A stretch of DNA of 63,889 nt, filler included, from Acidimicrobiia bacterium (GTDB lineage Bacteria > Actinomycetota > Acidimicrobiia > Spongiisociales > SHLN01): NCBI GenBank assembly GCA_041619515.1. It is 3 parts of 3 records of this genome, joined end to end, with 100 filler letters (N's around TTAATTAATTAA, not from the genome) between each part and the next. Parts side by side here need not be neighbours in the genome. Positions count along the whole stretch, not along the records: positions 28,182 to 56,010 come from JBFKDW010000038.1; 2 more parts are not named here. One strand, written 5' to 3'. Shown one piece after another: positions 42,285 through 52,049 of the stretch (positions within the stretch are counted from its first letter, which is position 1; each line of letters opens with the position of its first letter). The position numbers and the translations under genes were made by a program. Below the pieces are notes generated by a model. It was not told the DNA's origin and did not search any database. It saw only the letters and a list, made by a program, of their open reading frames with translations.

Positions 42285-44156
42285 TCATGTCCCCAGCATC
42301 TCTTCGATCTTGGCTTCGATGTCGGCCGCTTTGAACGGCTGTCCCTGCACTTTGGAGAGGGTGGTGGTTGGAGTCAGGAACTCGGCTCGCAACAGGCGGG
42401 AAAGCTGTCCCCGGTTGAGCTCGGGAACGAGCACCTTCGGGTAGCGGGCGATCACATCGCCCAGGTTGGGCGCAAACGGGTTCAGGTGGCGCAGATGGAG
42501 ATGGGCAACCTTCAGACCCTTCCTCCGGCTGTTCTTGACTCCGGCCAGAACCGCAGAGTAGGTCGACCCCCAGCTGACGACGAGCAGCTCGGCGTCGTCG
42601 TCCTCGGTGATCTCCACGTGCGGGATGTCTTTCGCTACCGCCTTGGTCTTGTTCTCCCTCAGCAGGGTCATTGCCTCGTGGTTGAGCGGGTCGTAGCTGA
42701 CATTGCCGGTCAGCTGGTCCTTCTCCAGGCCACCGACGCGGTGCTCGAGGCCGGCGGTCCCGGGAACCGCCCACGGGCGAGAGAGGGTCTCGGGGTCTCG
42801 CAGGTAGGGCATGTATCCGTCGTCATGGTTCACCTCGGTGGCAAACGACGTCGGGAAGCTCGGCAGCTCCGCAACATCGGGCAGCCGCCACGGCTCGGAG
42901 CTGGTGCCGATGTAGCCATCCGACAGGAGCATCACCGGCGTCATGTATTTGACGGCGATGCGGCATGCCTCGATGGCGGCGTCGAAAGCGTCGCTCGGGG
43001 TCGATGCCGAAACGACCGGAAGCGGAGCCTCGCCATGGCGGCCGTGGATGGCCATCATCAAGTCCGACTGTTCGGTCTTGGTTGGGAGGCCCGTGGAAGG
43101 ACCGCCACGCTGAACATCGATGATGACCAGCGGAAGCTCGGCCATCAGAGCCAGGCTGATGGTCTCACTCTTGAGGGCCACGCCCGGGCCGCTCGTTCCG
43201 GTCACGCCGAGGTGTCCGACAAACGACGCTCCCAGTGCGACACCGACCGCCGCGATCTCATCCTCGGCCTGGAAGGTCCTGACTCCGAAGTTCTTGTGAC
43301 GGGCCAGCTCGTGGAGGATGTCGGTGGCAGGCGTGATCGGGTAAGACGCATAGAACAGCGGCAAGCCTGCTGCCCGGGCCCCGGCAATCAGCCCCCAGGC
43401 AATCGTCTGGTTGCCGACGACGTTGGTGTACGTTCCGGCCGGGAGGTCGGCGGCGGGAACCTCGAAGGTGGTATGGGCGAACGCCTCGGTAGTGATGCCG
43501 TAGTTGTATCCGGCCTTGAAGGCCGCGCTGTTGGCTGCAACCACCTCGGGCTTGCTCGAGAACTTCTTCTCCACCCAGTCCAGGGTGGTCTCGCGCGGGC
43601 GGTTGAACATCCAGGCCAATGCCCCCAGGGCGAAGAAGTTCTTGGAGCGGAGCACTTCCCGTCCCTTGACCCCGCTGTCCTTCACCGCCTCCTTGGTGAG
43701 CTCGTCCATCGGAGCCGTCAGGAGGTTGTACCCATCCAGTGAGCCGTCCTCGAGCGGGTTCGACTCGTATCCGGCTTTGGCCAGGTTGCGCTCCTCGAAG
43801 CTGTCGGTGTTGGCAACGATCACGCCGCCCGGTTTGAGGTCGGCAATGTTCTTCTTGAGGGCGGCGGGATTCATCGCAACCAGGACGTCCGGCGAGTCAC
43901 CCGGTGTGAGGATGTCCGAGCCGGCGATATGGATCTGGAAGGCGGAGACACCCGGGAGGGTCCCGGCCGGGGCCCTGATCTCGGCGGGGAAGTTGGGGAG
44001 GGTTGCCAGGTCGTTTCCGAACGCGGCGGAGGCGTCGGTGAACCGGGCACCGGCCAGTTGCATGCCGTCGCCGGAGTCACCGGCAAAACGAATTACGACG
44101 CGATCCCGTAGCTCACGCTCGGCGGCTGGGGGTGCGGGATCTTGGGTGGTGGCCAC
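42285..44156 (-). CDS. korA: 2-oxoacid:ferredoxin oxidoreductase alpha subunit
   Basis: GDSGDGMQL, YPITPA, QAEDEIA and RGGPSTGLPTK. Start at GTG 44156. Confidence 0.95.
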   Translation of the reverse strand: MATTQDPAPPAAERELRDRVVIRFAGDSGDGMQLAGARFTDASAAFGNDLATLPNFPAEIRAPAGTLPGVSAFQIHIAGSDILTPGDSPDVLVAMNPAALKKNIADLKPGGVIVANTDSFEERNLAKAGYESNPLEDGSLDGYNLLTAPMDELTKEAVKDSGVKGREVLRSKNFFALGALAWMFNRPRETTLDWVEKKFSSKPEVVAANSAAFKAGYNYGITTEAFAHTTFEVPAADLPAGTYTNVVGNQTIAWGLIAGARAAGLPLFYASYPITPATDILHELARHKNFGVRTFQAEDEIAAVGVALGASFVGHLGVTGTSGPGVALKSETISLALMAELPLVIIDVQRGGPSTGLPTKTEQSDLMMAIHGRHGEAPLPVVSASTPSDAFDAAIEACRIAVKYMTPVMLLSDGYIGTSSEPWRLPDVAELPSFPTSFATEVNHDDGYMPYLRDPETLSRPWAVPGTAGLEHRVGGLEKDQLTGNVSYDPLNHEAMTLLRENKTKAVAKDIPHVEITEDDDAELLVVSWGSTYSAVLAGVKNSRRKGLKVAHLHLRHLNPFAPNLGDVIARYPKVLVPELNRGQLSRLLRAEFLTPTTTLSKVQGQPFKAADIEAKIEEMLGT

Positions 44157-44205
44157 GGTCGCAGTGTAGGTTAGAGCACCGCAACAAGTAGCCGATCTTT
44201 TTCTC

Positions 44206-45600
44206 TCAGCCCACCGGCTCCGGCGCCCGGAAGCGAACCACCCCGGCCGCTTCCAAACCCATCCCGATTTCCAGCAAGCGATGCTCCGACCAGTCCGGCC
44301 CGATGAGCTGGATCGAGGGCGGCGGGTCTCCTGCCTCGTGCAGGGGGAGGACCAGCGCCGGATGGCCCGCCTGGTTGACGAGGGCCGAGAAGGCGCTGAA
44401 CGCTTGCCGGTAGCCCATCTCCTCGCCGTCGACGACGAGGGAGAGCTCTCCGATGGCCTTCCGGTTGGCGGCCACCGCCGGGGTCGCCAGGACGTCACAC
44501 TCCCGGAACAGGTCGAAGGTGTGCTCACGCAGGTCCTGTCGCCACTGTTTGGCGGCCACACCCGCTGCGACGGTCACCCCCATCGCCGGCCCGAGCCGGT
44601 CGGCCACCTCCGGCCCGTACTCGTCGGCCCGGGAAGGGAACCATTTTCCGTGCACCACGGCCACCTCGCTGGCGGCGGCCTCGTTGATCAGCCCGGGCGG
44701 CTGCACAAACGGGTCCTCGAGATGGCGGATCTCGGCGCCGAGCCCGGCCAGGCGCCCCAGCGCAGCTTCGAAGGCGGCCCGCAAACCAGGCTCGACCGGC
44801 TGCTCGACCCACGGATGCGGGACACCGACGATCAACCCCTGAATCCCGGCTTCCCGATCCGGGGCCCGGACCGGCTCGACCAGCGAGTACGGGTCGGCGG
44901 GGTCGTACCCGGCGATCGCCGCATAGACGAGAGCGGCGTCCTGCACCGTGCGCGCAATCGGTCCCACCGTATCCAGGCTCGGTGCTAGGGGAAACACTCC
45001 GGTGAGCGGGACCCGGCCGTGGGTGACCTTGAGGCCGACGCAGCCGCACACTGCCGCCGGAACCCGGATCGAGCCCCCGGTGTCGGTGCCGATCGCAACT
45101 GCGCTCAGCCCGGCGGCCGCCGCTACGGCTGAACCGCCAGAAGAGCCGCCCGGCGACGTGCTCGGATCCCACGGATTACGCACCGGACCGAACCAGTGGT
45201 TCTCGGACGAGAAGCCGAAGGCGAATTCGTGCAGCCCGGTTCGCCCGATGACGATTGCTCCCGCCGCCTCCAAGCGCTCCACGACCGTGGCCGATTGCCT
45301 CCCAACCTGGCGGTAGAAGGATGATCCGGCCGTGGTCGGCAGGCCCTTCTGGTCGATCAGGTCCTTGAGGGCAACGGTGATTCCGGCCAGCGGACCGACC
45401 TGTTCGCCGGAGAACAGTCGCCGATCGATGATCTCGGCCCGGAGCAGTGCCTGGCGCCGATCGATGAGTGTGTAGGCGTTCAACAGGTCCTGCGATGTCT
45501 CACTGCGCTCCAGGTAGGCGGTGACCAGCTCCCGAACCGTGACGGCGCGCATGCCAATGAGCTCGATCTGTTCAACGGCAGACAGGAACGGGTCGAACAT
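44206..45600 (-). CDS. Amidase-signature family protein
   Basis: LKDLI, GGSSGGS and GTDTGGSIRVPA (Ser-cisSer-Lys triad). Confidence 0.92.
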   Translation of the reverse strand: MFDPFLSAVEQIELIGMRAVTVRELVTAYLERSETSQDLLNAYTLIDRRQALLRAEIIDRRLFSGEQVGPLAGITVALKDLIDQKGLPTTAGSSFYRQVGRQSATVVERLEAAGAIVIGRTGLHEFAFGFSSENHWFGPVRNPWDPSTSPGGSSGGSAVAAAAGLSAVAIGTDTGGSIRVPAAVCGCVGLKVTHGRVPLTGVFPLAPSLDTVGPIARTVQDAALVYAAIAGYDPADPYSLVEPVRAPDREAGIQGLIVGVPHPWVEQPVEPGLRAAFEAALGRLAGLGAEIRHLEDPFVQPPGLINEAAASEVAVVHGKWFPSRADEYGPEVADRLGPAMGVTVAAGVAAKQWRQDLREHTFDLFRECDVLATPAVAANRKAIGELSLVVDGEEMGYRQAFSAFSALVNQAGHPALVLPLHEAGDPPPSIQLIGPDWSEHRLLEIGMGLEAAGVVRFRAPEPVG

Positions 45601-45652
45601 CCGGTGGAGCATATCGACTGAACACGACGCGAATGGGGTTAGCCTCCCTGCC

Positions 45653-46177
45653 GTGACCTTCGAGCAGCCTCGCGATCCCTATCGGGCCGTTCTCGAACTG
45701 CGAGTGGTGCGCCGGTACCGGAGCGAACCGGTCTCGGCCGAAGATGCTGCGGCCATTCTCGAGGCCGGCCGCTGGACCGGCAGCGCCAAGAACCGCCAGG
45801 ATTGGTCGTTCATCGTGGTCGACGACCCCGACCAGCAATCCCGCCTGGCCGAGTGTGGCCAGTTCACCCAGCCGCTTCGGGACGCCCGGTTGCTCATCGT
45901 GCCGGTTCGGCTGCCCGGCGGCTACGAGTTCGATATCGGGCGAGTTGCGCAGAACATGATGCTGGCGGCCGCCGCCCGGGGGGTCGGCTCGTGCCCGGTG
46001 ACCCTCCACGACGACGCGTGCGCCGCGCAGGTGCTCAACCTGCCGGACGACCACCACGGCCGGTATGCCCTGTGCTTCGGTTACCCGGACGTCGAGGCAG
46101 AGGCCGAGGCGCGAGCGTCGCGATCGATGGGCGGCCGCAAGCCGCTGAATGAACTGGTGAGGCGGAACCGTTTCTAG
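45653..46177 (+). CDS. Nitroreductase family protein
   Basis: VVRRY, WTGSAKNRQDW and QNMMLAAAARGVGSC. Confidence 0.88.
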   Translation: MTFEQPRDPYRAVLELRVVRRYRSEPVSAEDAAAILEAGRWTGSAKNRQDWSFIVVDDPDQQSRLAECGQFTQPLRDARLLIVPVRLPGGYEFDIGRVAQNMMLAAAARGVGSCPVTLHDDACAAQVLNLPDDHHGRYALCFGYPDVEAEAEARASRSMGGRKPLNELVRRNRF

Positions 46178-46665
46178 CGGACGGGTCCGATCCGGCCGAT
46201 CGGCCAGTAGCGAAAGCCAACCCGCCACAGGTCTCCAACCGGAAGGGGGCCGAGCTCGCGGCTGTCCTCGGTGGACAGCGAGCGGTTGTCCGATATCACG
46301 ATCAGGTGGCGGCCGTCGAGATGCCAGGCGTACTCACCGGCCGGCGATCCGTGCGCCCATGGCTCGGCCAGCACGTGGCCGTTGGCGACGGTCCGGCCGT
46401 TGTCGATTCGGAGGGTTTCACCCGGGAGGCCAACCACCCGCTTGATCATGAGGAAGCCGGGGGAGCGCGGGTGTGGGAACACGATGATGTCGCCGCGCAG
46501 CGGAGCCGAAACCAGCCGGGTGGCGATCACATAGTCACCGTCCCGGAGGGCGGGTGCCATCGAATCTTCTGTCACCTCGAACCGTCGAAGGCGGGTGCGC
46601 CCGATCGCGGCGCCGGCGACCATCAACGCGCCGAGGGCGGCTCCCAGAGCCCGAGATCTCCGCAT
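46174..46665 (-). CDS. sodX: Ni-SOD maturation protease (S26 family)
   Basis: DSMAPAL (Ser), IKRVVG (Lys) and DN...DSR. Divergent from sodN. Confidence 0.8.
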   Translation of the reverse strand: MRRSRALGAALGALMVAGAAIGRTRLRRFEVTEDSMAPALRDGDYVIATRLVSAPLRGDIIVFPHPRSPGFLMIKRVVGLPGETLRIDNGRTVANGHVLAEPWAHGSPAGEYAWHLDGRHLIVISDNRSLSTEDSRELGPLPVGDLWRVGFRYWPIGRIGPVR

Positions 46666-46724
46666 GCGGGTTGCCTCCCCGCCCGAGTGTATCGTGTTGC
46701 TCCCATCCACAACGAGGAGGACGA

Positions 46725-47153
46725 ATGGGATTCTTCAAGCCGAAGCTGGTAGCTCACGCCCATTGCCACGTGCCGTGCGGCATCTACGACCCCACCTTCG
46801 CCATCAACGCCGCCGAAACAGTCGCCAAGATGGTCGAGCAGATAGAAGCCATGGAAGTGCCGGCGGCGGACGCCTCAGATGCCACCAAGATCAAGTTTCA
46901 CCATGACCTCGAGCGGCGGGTTGCCAACAAGGAGGATCATGCCAAGAAGTGCAAGTACGAGCTGCTCGATGTCCTGTGGACCCAGTATTTCAAGCCCGAA
47001 CACCTCGAGCGCTGGCCCGATCTCCACGAGAAGTTCCATCGTGCGGGCCATCTCTGCACCCAGAACATGCAGAACATCGATGCCGCTCTCGCTCAGGAGT
47101 TGTGGGATCTGACGAAGGAAATCGGCGAGATCTTCGCCGCCAGCAAGAGCTGA
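46725..47153 (+). CDS. sodN: Nickel superoxide dismutase precursor
   Basis: GAGGAGG RBS, 12-aa leader ending AHA, Ni-hook HCHVPCGIYDP, then LWTQYFKPEH..PDLH. Confidence 0.92.
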   Translation: MGFFKPKLVAHAHCHVPCGIYDPTFAINAAETVAKMVEQIEAMEVPAADASDATKIKFHHDLERRVANKEDHAKKCKYELLDVLWTQYFKPEHLERWPDLHEKFHRAGHLCTQNMQNIDAALAQELWDLTKEIGEIFAASKS

Positions 47154-47157
47154 GCGA

Positions 47158-48693
47158 TCAGCTCTCGCTGATCCGCTTCATCGTCCCCATCCAGCCGGCC
47201 AGGGCGAGGAACGTGGCGGCGGCCGCCGCGCCGCCGACGGCCACCTGGAGCACCGAGCCGGCGAAACCGGCAGCTGCGCCCTGCGCCAGGCGGGCGGTCA
47301 CCCAGGCGGCAGCACCGGCGGCGGCGGTCGGGACCAGTGCCCTCCCGGTCGTGCGTGCCGTCGCGGCGAGCACGTGGCTGCCGGTGCGGTGGAGCCACAC
47401 GATGCCGAGGACGAGCGTGTAGGCGGCGATCGACACGGTCGAAGCGAGCGCCACCCCCCGGATGCCCATGAGCTCCTTCAAGGCGAAGTAGACGGGAATG
47501 GCCAGTGCGGTGGCGCCGGTTCCTATCACCACCGGCACCCACATCTGACGCCTCGCATAGAAGCCGCGAGCGAGGAGTTGGGCCACGCCCCAGAAGGGGA
47601 TTCCGAGGGCGTAGAAGACGAGCGCCCCGGCCGCGGCCGTCGTGTCGGCGGCACCGAACTGGCCGCGTTCGAACAGGGCGCCGATGGTGGGGATCGACAG
47701 CGCGGTCAGGGCGGCAGTGGCGACGAGGCTGGCGACGATCACGTAGCGGATGGCCCGGGCCAGCGACATCGTCAGCTCCCTGAGCTTTCCTTCCTCGGCC
47801 AGGCGCGACAAGAAGGGATAGGCGGCAACAGCGGCTGCCTGGGCAACGACACCGATCGGCACCAGCATCGTCTGCCGGGCGAATCCGAGCTGGGAGGTTG
47901 GCCCCTCACCCAGCTGCGTCCCGAACACACGCGCGAGCGACTCGTCGAGCAGGACGAGCGACTGGCCGAGCATGAGGGGCAGGGCAAGCAGGAGGTATTC
48001 GCCCACGACCGGGCTCCGCATCGGGACACCCGCAGGCAGGCGCAATCCCTCCTGGTAGGCCCCGTAGGCCTGGATCAGGAAGTTCCCGATGATGGCCCCC
48101 GCCAGCACACCCCAGGCGAATCCGTCCGCCGAGGGATCGCTCCGGTCGGTGAGAAGGAGCCCGCCGACGATGATCGACAGGTTGTACACGATCGGGGCCA
48201 GGGTGGGGATGGCGAACCGCCCGCGGGCGTATTGGACGGCCATGAGCAAGGTTCCCGTCACGAAGAAGAATTGGGCGGGAAGGATGATGCGCGTGAGGCG
48301 GGTGGCTTCGGTGACCGCTTCCGAATCCAGAGCGGTGACCGCATCGATGACCGGTTCCGCTATCACCATCCCGACCGCAATCAGCGCCGCCATGGCGATT
48401 GCGATCGGCCGGGCCACCGCTACGAAGGCCCGCCAGGCGCCGTTCTCGTCGTCGTCGGCGAAGTGGCGCGACAGGATCGGAATGAAGGTGATGGCCATGT
48501 ATCCGCCGGCGAGCAGATAGTTGAGGAAGTCGGGGATGATGAACGCCACCCGATAGGCGTCGCCGGCGGCGTTGGCGCCGATCAGGTCGGCGAGTGCCAC
48601 CTCTCGCAGCAGACCGAGGATGCGCGAGAGGAGAACCCCGACCGACACGACGAGCGCGGCGCGCCCCATTCGATAGGAGGGGGGACGGTTCAC
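47158..48693 (-). CDS. murJ: Lipid II flippase MurJ/MviN
   Basis: LSRILGLLRE, AFIIPD, FIP, LFERGQF and RGFYA. Confidence 0.9.
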   Translation of the reverse strand: MNRPPSYRMGRAALVVSVGVLLSRILGLLREVALADLIGANAAGDAYRVAFIIPDFLNYLLAGGYMAITFIPILSRHFADDDENGAWRAFVAVARPIAIAMAALIAVGMVIAEPVIDAVTALDSEAVTEATRLTRIILPAQFFFVTGTLLMAVQYARGRFAIPTLAPIVYNLSIIVGGLLLTDRSDPSADGFAWGVLAGAIIGNFLIQAYGAYQEGLRLPAGVPMRSPVVGEYLLLALPLMLGQSLVLLDESLARVFGTQLGEGPTSQLGFARQTMLVPIGVVAQAAAVAAYPFLSRLAEEGKLRELTMSLARAIRYVIVASLVATAALTALSIPTIGALFERGQFGAADTTAAAGALVFYALGIPFWGVAQLLARGFYARRQMWVPVVIGTGATALAIPVYFALKELMGIRGVALASTVSIAAYTLVLGIVWLHRTGSHVLAATARTTGRALVPTAAAGAAAWVTARLAQGAAAGFAGSVLQVAVGGAAAAATFLALAGWMGTMKRISES

Positions 48694-48705
48694 CCGGGAA
48701 ACCTA

Positions 48706-49419
48706 TCAGCCGGCGGGGTCGTGGCGGGTGATTCCTTCCTCGGGAATGGGAAGGAAATGCCTGCCTGCCTGGCCCGGCAGATCGGCAAGGCGGAGGCGGT
48801 AGGTCTCACGGCCGTCGGCTCCGGTCGTGCGCCGGAAGCCGATTCGCTCCAGATATTTGCTGTGGCGGGCGCTGCCGGGGGCACTTTCCACATGGGTGAT
48901 ATGGGGATCGGCGAAGATCGTGGAGCCGGACGAGAAGAGGAAGCGCCCGACCTTGAGGTCACGATAGGCGGGGATGACGTAGTCGAGCTGGACCCGGACG
49001 GTTTCGCTGCCGTCGACATCGCAAATGAAGAGGCCGGCGGGGACCATGTCGCGCAGAATGAACGCTCGGTACCGATCCGGTTTCGGCTCGTAGCGGTAAT
49101 CCGGCAGGAACGTGCGAATGTCGTCTTCGTAGTGCTTGATGAAATGCTCGAGGTACGCCGAGCCCTGCCGCACCTCGAGCACGGTGAAGACCGGCCTCGA
49201 GCCGAGGAGCGTGCGGAGAAAGTACAGGTGGATGCCGACGATCACCAGGTTGGTGAGCACGATCGGATACGCCTCGATGAGTACCCCGTAGACACAGAAG
49301 ACGACGGCGCCGGTCAGCCCGACGAGGCGCAGCCGCAGGATCGACTTCATCGACAGCGAGGCGACGATCAAAGCCGACCCCAGGTACCCGATCAGCTGGT
49401 ACACCACCGAGGCACTCAT
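48706..49419 (-). CDS. YgjV-like membrane protein with soluble C-terminal domain
   Basis: IGYLGSALIVASLSMKSILRLR TM bundle, then LDYVIPAYRDLKVG (GNAT-like). Confidence 0.7.
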   Translation of the reverse strand: MSASVVYQLIGYLGSALIVASLSMKSILRLRLVGLTGAVVFCVYGVLIEAYPIVLTNLVIVGIHLYFLRTLLGSRPVFTVLEVRQGSAYLEHFIKHYEDDIRTFLPDYRYEPKPDRYRAFILRDMVPAGLFICDVDGSETVRVQLDYVIPAYRDLKVGRFLFSSGSTIFADPHITHVESAPGSARHSKYLERIGFRRTTGADGRETYRLRLADLPGQAGRHFLPIPEEGITRHDPAG

Positions 49420-49435
49420 CGGACGGGCCCTTCCC

Positions 49436-50221
49436 TCAGGAGACCAGGTCGCGTTCCCGCATGAGATAGCCGAGAGCCACCACCGAGACCATGGAGAGCC
49501 CCAGGACCTTCACGAGGGCACCTCCTGCTCCGGGGCCGACCCCTGAGAGGAGATCTTTGAGATCGGCGACGACCCGCGCCTCCAGGCCGAGTGCTGAGCC
49601 CCAGTGGTCACCTGCGATGATGCCGGCGTATGCCGACAGGCCCATTCGCCAAATCGAGGTGGTGGCCACCTGGCTGGCCGCACTCGTGACGATCGTCTCC
49701 CAGATGAGCAGGTACGCGAGCCCGATAATGACCGCCCGCTCCGTGATGTAGCCGACCAGCTGGGTCACTGCGACAAAACCGAGAGTGGTTACGGCGGTCG
49801 CCACCAGGATGGCGAGCGTCTCGTCCCAGCTCCCAATGGTGATCCCGAGCGCCACCGCCGTCAGCAGGGCACCGGCGCCGGCGACGAGAAACGAGGCCAG
49901 CCAGGTTGCCAGCAGTTTGGCCGTGGCGATGACCTCGCGTCGGATCGGCCGCAGCGCAAGGTAGGACATCGTCTTTTGCGCCCGCTCGTCGCCGAGCGAT
50001 CCCGACCCGAGCACGATGGCGATGATGGGAACGACGACGCCAAGCACCAGCCACAGGATGACGGTCCGGAAGAACTCCTCTGTGTCGCGCTCGTTGACGT
50101 TGAGCCCGACGAGGAGGAGGATCACCGCCGGCACCGCGGCCAGCAGCAGCAGGCCGATGGAACGGCGCCGCCCGATGAGTTGCAGGAGCGTGACCCGAAT
50201 GATGGCCAGAAAGCGGGTCAT
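49436..50221 (-). CDS. ABC-2 type permease
   Basis: GDERAQKTMSYLALRPIRR...AK motif and about six TMs. Confidence 0.85.
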   Translation of the reverse strand: MTRFLAIIRVTLLQLIGRRRSIGLLLLAAVPAVILLLVGLNVNERDTEEFFRTVILWLVLGVVVPIIAIVLGSGSLGDERAQKTMSYLALRPIRREVIATAKLLATWLASFLVAGAGALLTAVALGITIGSWDETLAILVATAVTTLGFVAVTQLVGYITERAVIIGLAYLLIWETIVTSAASQVATTSIWRMGLSAYAGIIAGDHWGSALGLEARVVADLKDLLSGVGPGAGGALVKVLGLSMVSVVALGYLMRERDLVS

Positions 50222-51165
50222 CGGCCGTGCACCAGGTAGCGGAAGACGCTCTCGAGGCTGAGATCCTCGGGTTGCACCAGGGTGAGGCGGACGTCGAGAG
50301 ACTGTGCAAGTGAGGGGAGGAGCCGTCCCAGGTCACCCAGGTCGTCGGTTTGAACGTGGAGGGTGTCGTCGATCACTTCGACGCTGCGGATGACCTCCCG
50401 GCCCAGCAAGGCGGCTCCAAGGGTTCGGGGCACATCGGAGTCGATGCGCACCCGGTATGGGATGTCGGTGAAGGCGGCGCGGATTGCCGCAGCGTCTCCG
50501 GCGGCAGCCAGGCGCCCATCGACCATCGCGATCACCCGCGACGCCATCTTCTCGACTTCCTCGAGCACGTGGGACGAGACGACCACCGTCCGACCCTCGG
50601 CCGCGAGATGGTGAAACAGCTCGATGAGTCTCACCCGTTGGACCGGGTCGGCGCCGTTGAGGGGCTCGTCCAGGTAGAGCACCTCGGGATCGTTGACGAG
50701 TGCGCCTGCCACCTTGATGCGCTGTCGCATCCCCTTGCTGTATCCCTCGATGCGCCTGCCGGCAGCGTCGTCCATGCCCACGGCCGTGATGGCGTGAGCG
50801 GCGGCGGAGGACGGATTGCGAACTCCGGCCAGCTCAGCCCCGTACTCGACGAACCGTCGCCCGGTGAGGAACGGATATACCGCATCGTCCTCCGGGACCA
50901 GGCCGACTCGCTGGAAGACGGTGGTGTCTCTCCGGGGGTCGGTATCGAGCACGGTCAGCTTGCCACGCGAGGGGCGAATGAGGCCCGCCATCATCCGCAG
51001 TAGCGTGGTCTTGCCTGCCCCGTTCGGACCGAGCAAGCCCGTGATCCCGGGGCCGAAGGAACAGGACACGTTGCTGACCGCCACCTTCTGACCGAACCAC
51101 TTGGATATCTCGGCGATCTCGATCGTCGGGTTGCGAACGAAGGCGGGCGACAGCGTCGTCATCAC
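50218..51165 (-). CDS. ABC transporter ATP-binding protein
   Basis: GPNGAGKTT, YSKGMRQR, LDEP and SSH. Confidence 0.92.
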   Translation of the reverse strand: MMTTLSPAFVRNPTIEIAEISKWFGQKVAVSNVSCSFGPGITGLLGPNGAGKTTLLRMMAGLIRPSRGKLTVLDTDPRRDTTVFQRVGLVPEDDAVYPFLTGRRFVEYGAELAGVRNPSSAAAHAITAVGMDDAAGRRIEGYSKGMRQRIKVAGALVNDPEVLYLDEPLNGADPVQRVRLIELFHHLAAEGRTVVVSSHVLEEVEKMASRVIAMVDGRLAAAGDAAAIRAAFTDIPYRVRIDSDVPRTLGAALLGREVIRSVEVIDDTLHVQTDDLGDLGRLLPSLAQSLDVRLTLVQPEDLSLESVFRYLVHGR

Positions 51166-52049
51166 ATGAGCTTCCGGTAGCGCCGATACAGGAGCCCCGC
51201 CGCCAGCACTGCGATCGTAACGACCGCAACGAGCGAGACCCAGGGCGAGAGGTCGGCCTGGCCCATCGACGTATCGTCGCGAAACCCGGGCTCGTTGAAG
51301 ATCTCCCCGATGAGGACCACGGCATGAGCCTGCAGGTCGATGACTGCGAACCAGCGGTTGACTGCCTCCGACAATCCGAACGCCACGCCCCCGGAAATGA
51401 TCGAAAACGCGATGTAGACGCCGGCGGCGACACCCCGCCGCCTGGCATAGGCGCTGATGATGAACGCGACTCCGGCCTGGGTGGCGAAGACGGCCAGCGC
51501 CCCGGCCGGGATCTTCCACAGCAGGTCGAGGTTGCCGGTCACGTGCCCGATGATGTCCCCGGATAGAACGGCCCCTCCGAGGTAGATCACGAGCTGGGGG
51601 AGCAGGGTGAATGCCATGACGACCAGCAGCAGCGAACCGACCCGGGCGATCAGGTAATCGGCGAGGGTGAGCGGGCGTGACGCGTACACGGTCAGCACGT
51701 TGCTCACCCGGTCGGGGATGAGCAGCTCCGGCGCCGAGAGCGCCACGAACAGGAACGTGAGCTGGAACGTGAATCCGAAGTAATCGGCGTGACCGGGAAT
51801 GAGATCCTCGAGCAGTTCGTCGGCCCCCAGCCCCTCGGTGAGGACCCGGAAGCCGACGAAGGCGATGGCGGGGATCACTGCCAGCACGATCAGCCCCCAC
51901 GGGAGGATCTTGCGGCGAGCCTTGCGGCGCAGTCCCAGCACCTTGCGAACCCCATCGCGGACGATGGCCCAGCGGATCTTGGTGCGGCCGGTTCTGGCAC
52001 CTTCGTAGCGGCGATAGTCGAGATCGAAGATGGCGCCTTCGGAGCTCAC
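51162..52049 (-). CDS. ABC-2 type permease
   Basis: IPDRVSNVLTVYASRPLT..DY motif and TMs. Confidence 0.85.
   Translation of the reverse strand: MSSEGAIFDLDYRRYEGARTGRTKIRWAIVRDGVRKVLGLRRKARRKILPWGLIVLAVIPAIAFVGFRVLTEGLGADELLEDLIPGHADYFGFTFQLTFLFVALSAPELLIPDRVSNVLTVYASRPLTLADYLIARVGSLLLVVMAFTLLPQLVIYLGGAVLSGDIIGHVTGNLDLLWKIPAGALAVFATQAGVAFIISAYARRRGVAAGVYIAFSIISGGVAFGLSEAVNRWFAVIDLQAHAVVLIGEIFNEPGFRDDTSMGQADLSPWVSLVAVVTIAVLAAGLLYRRYRKLM

Noticed and set aside
44206..45600. gatA
   Set aside because: There is no adjacent gatC or gatB, so it is called only an amidase-signature enzyme.
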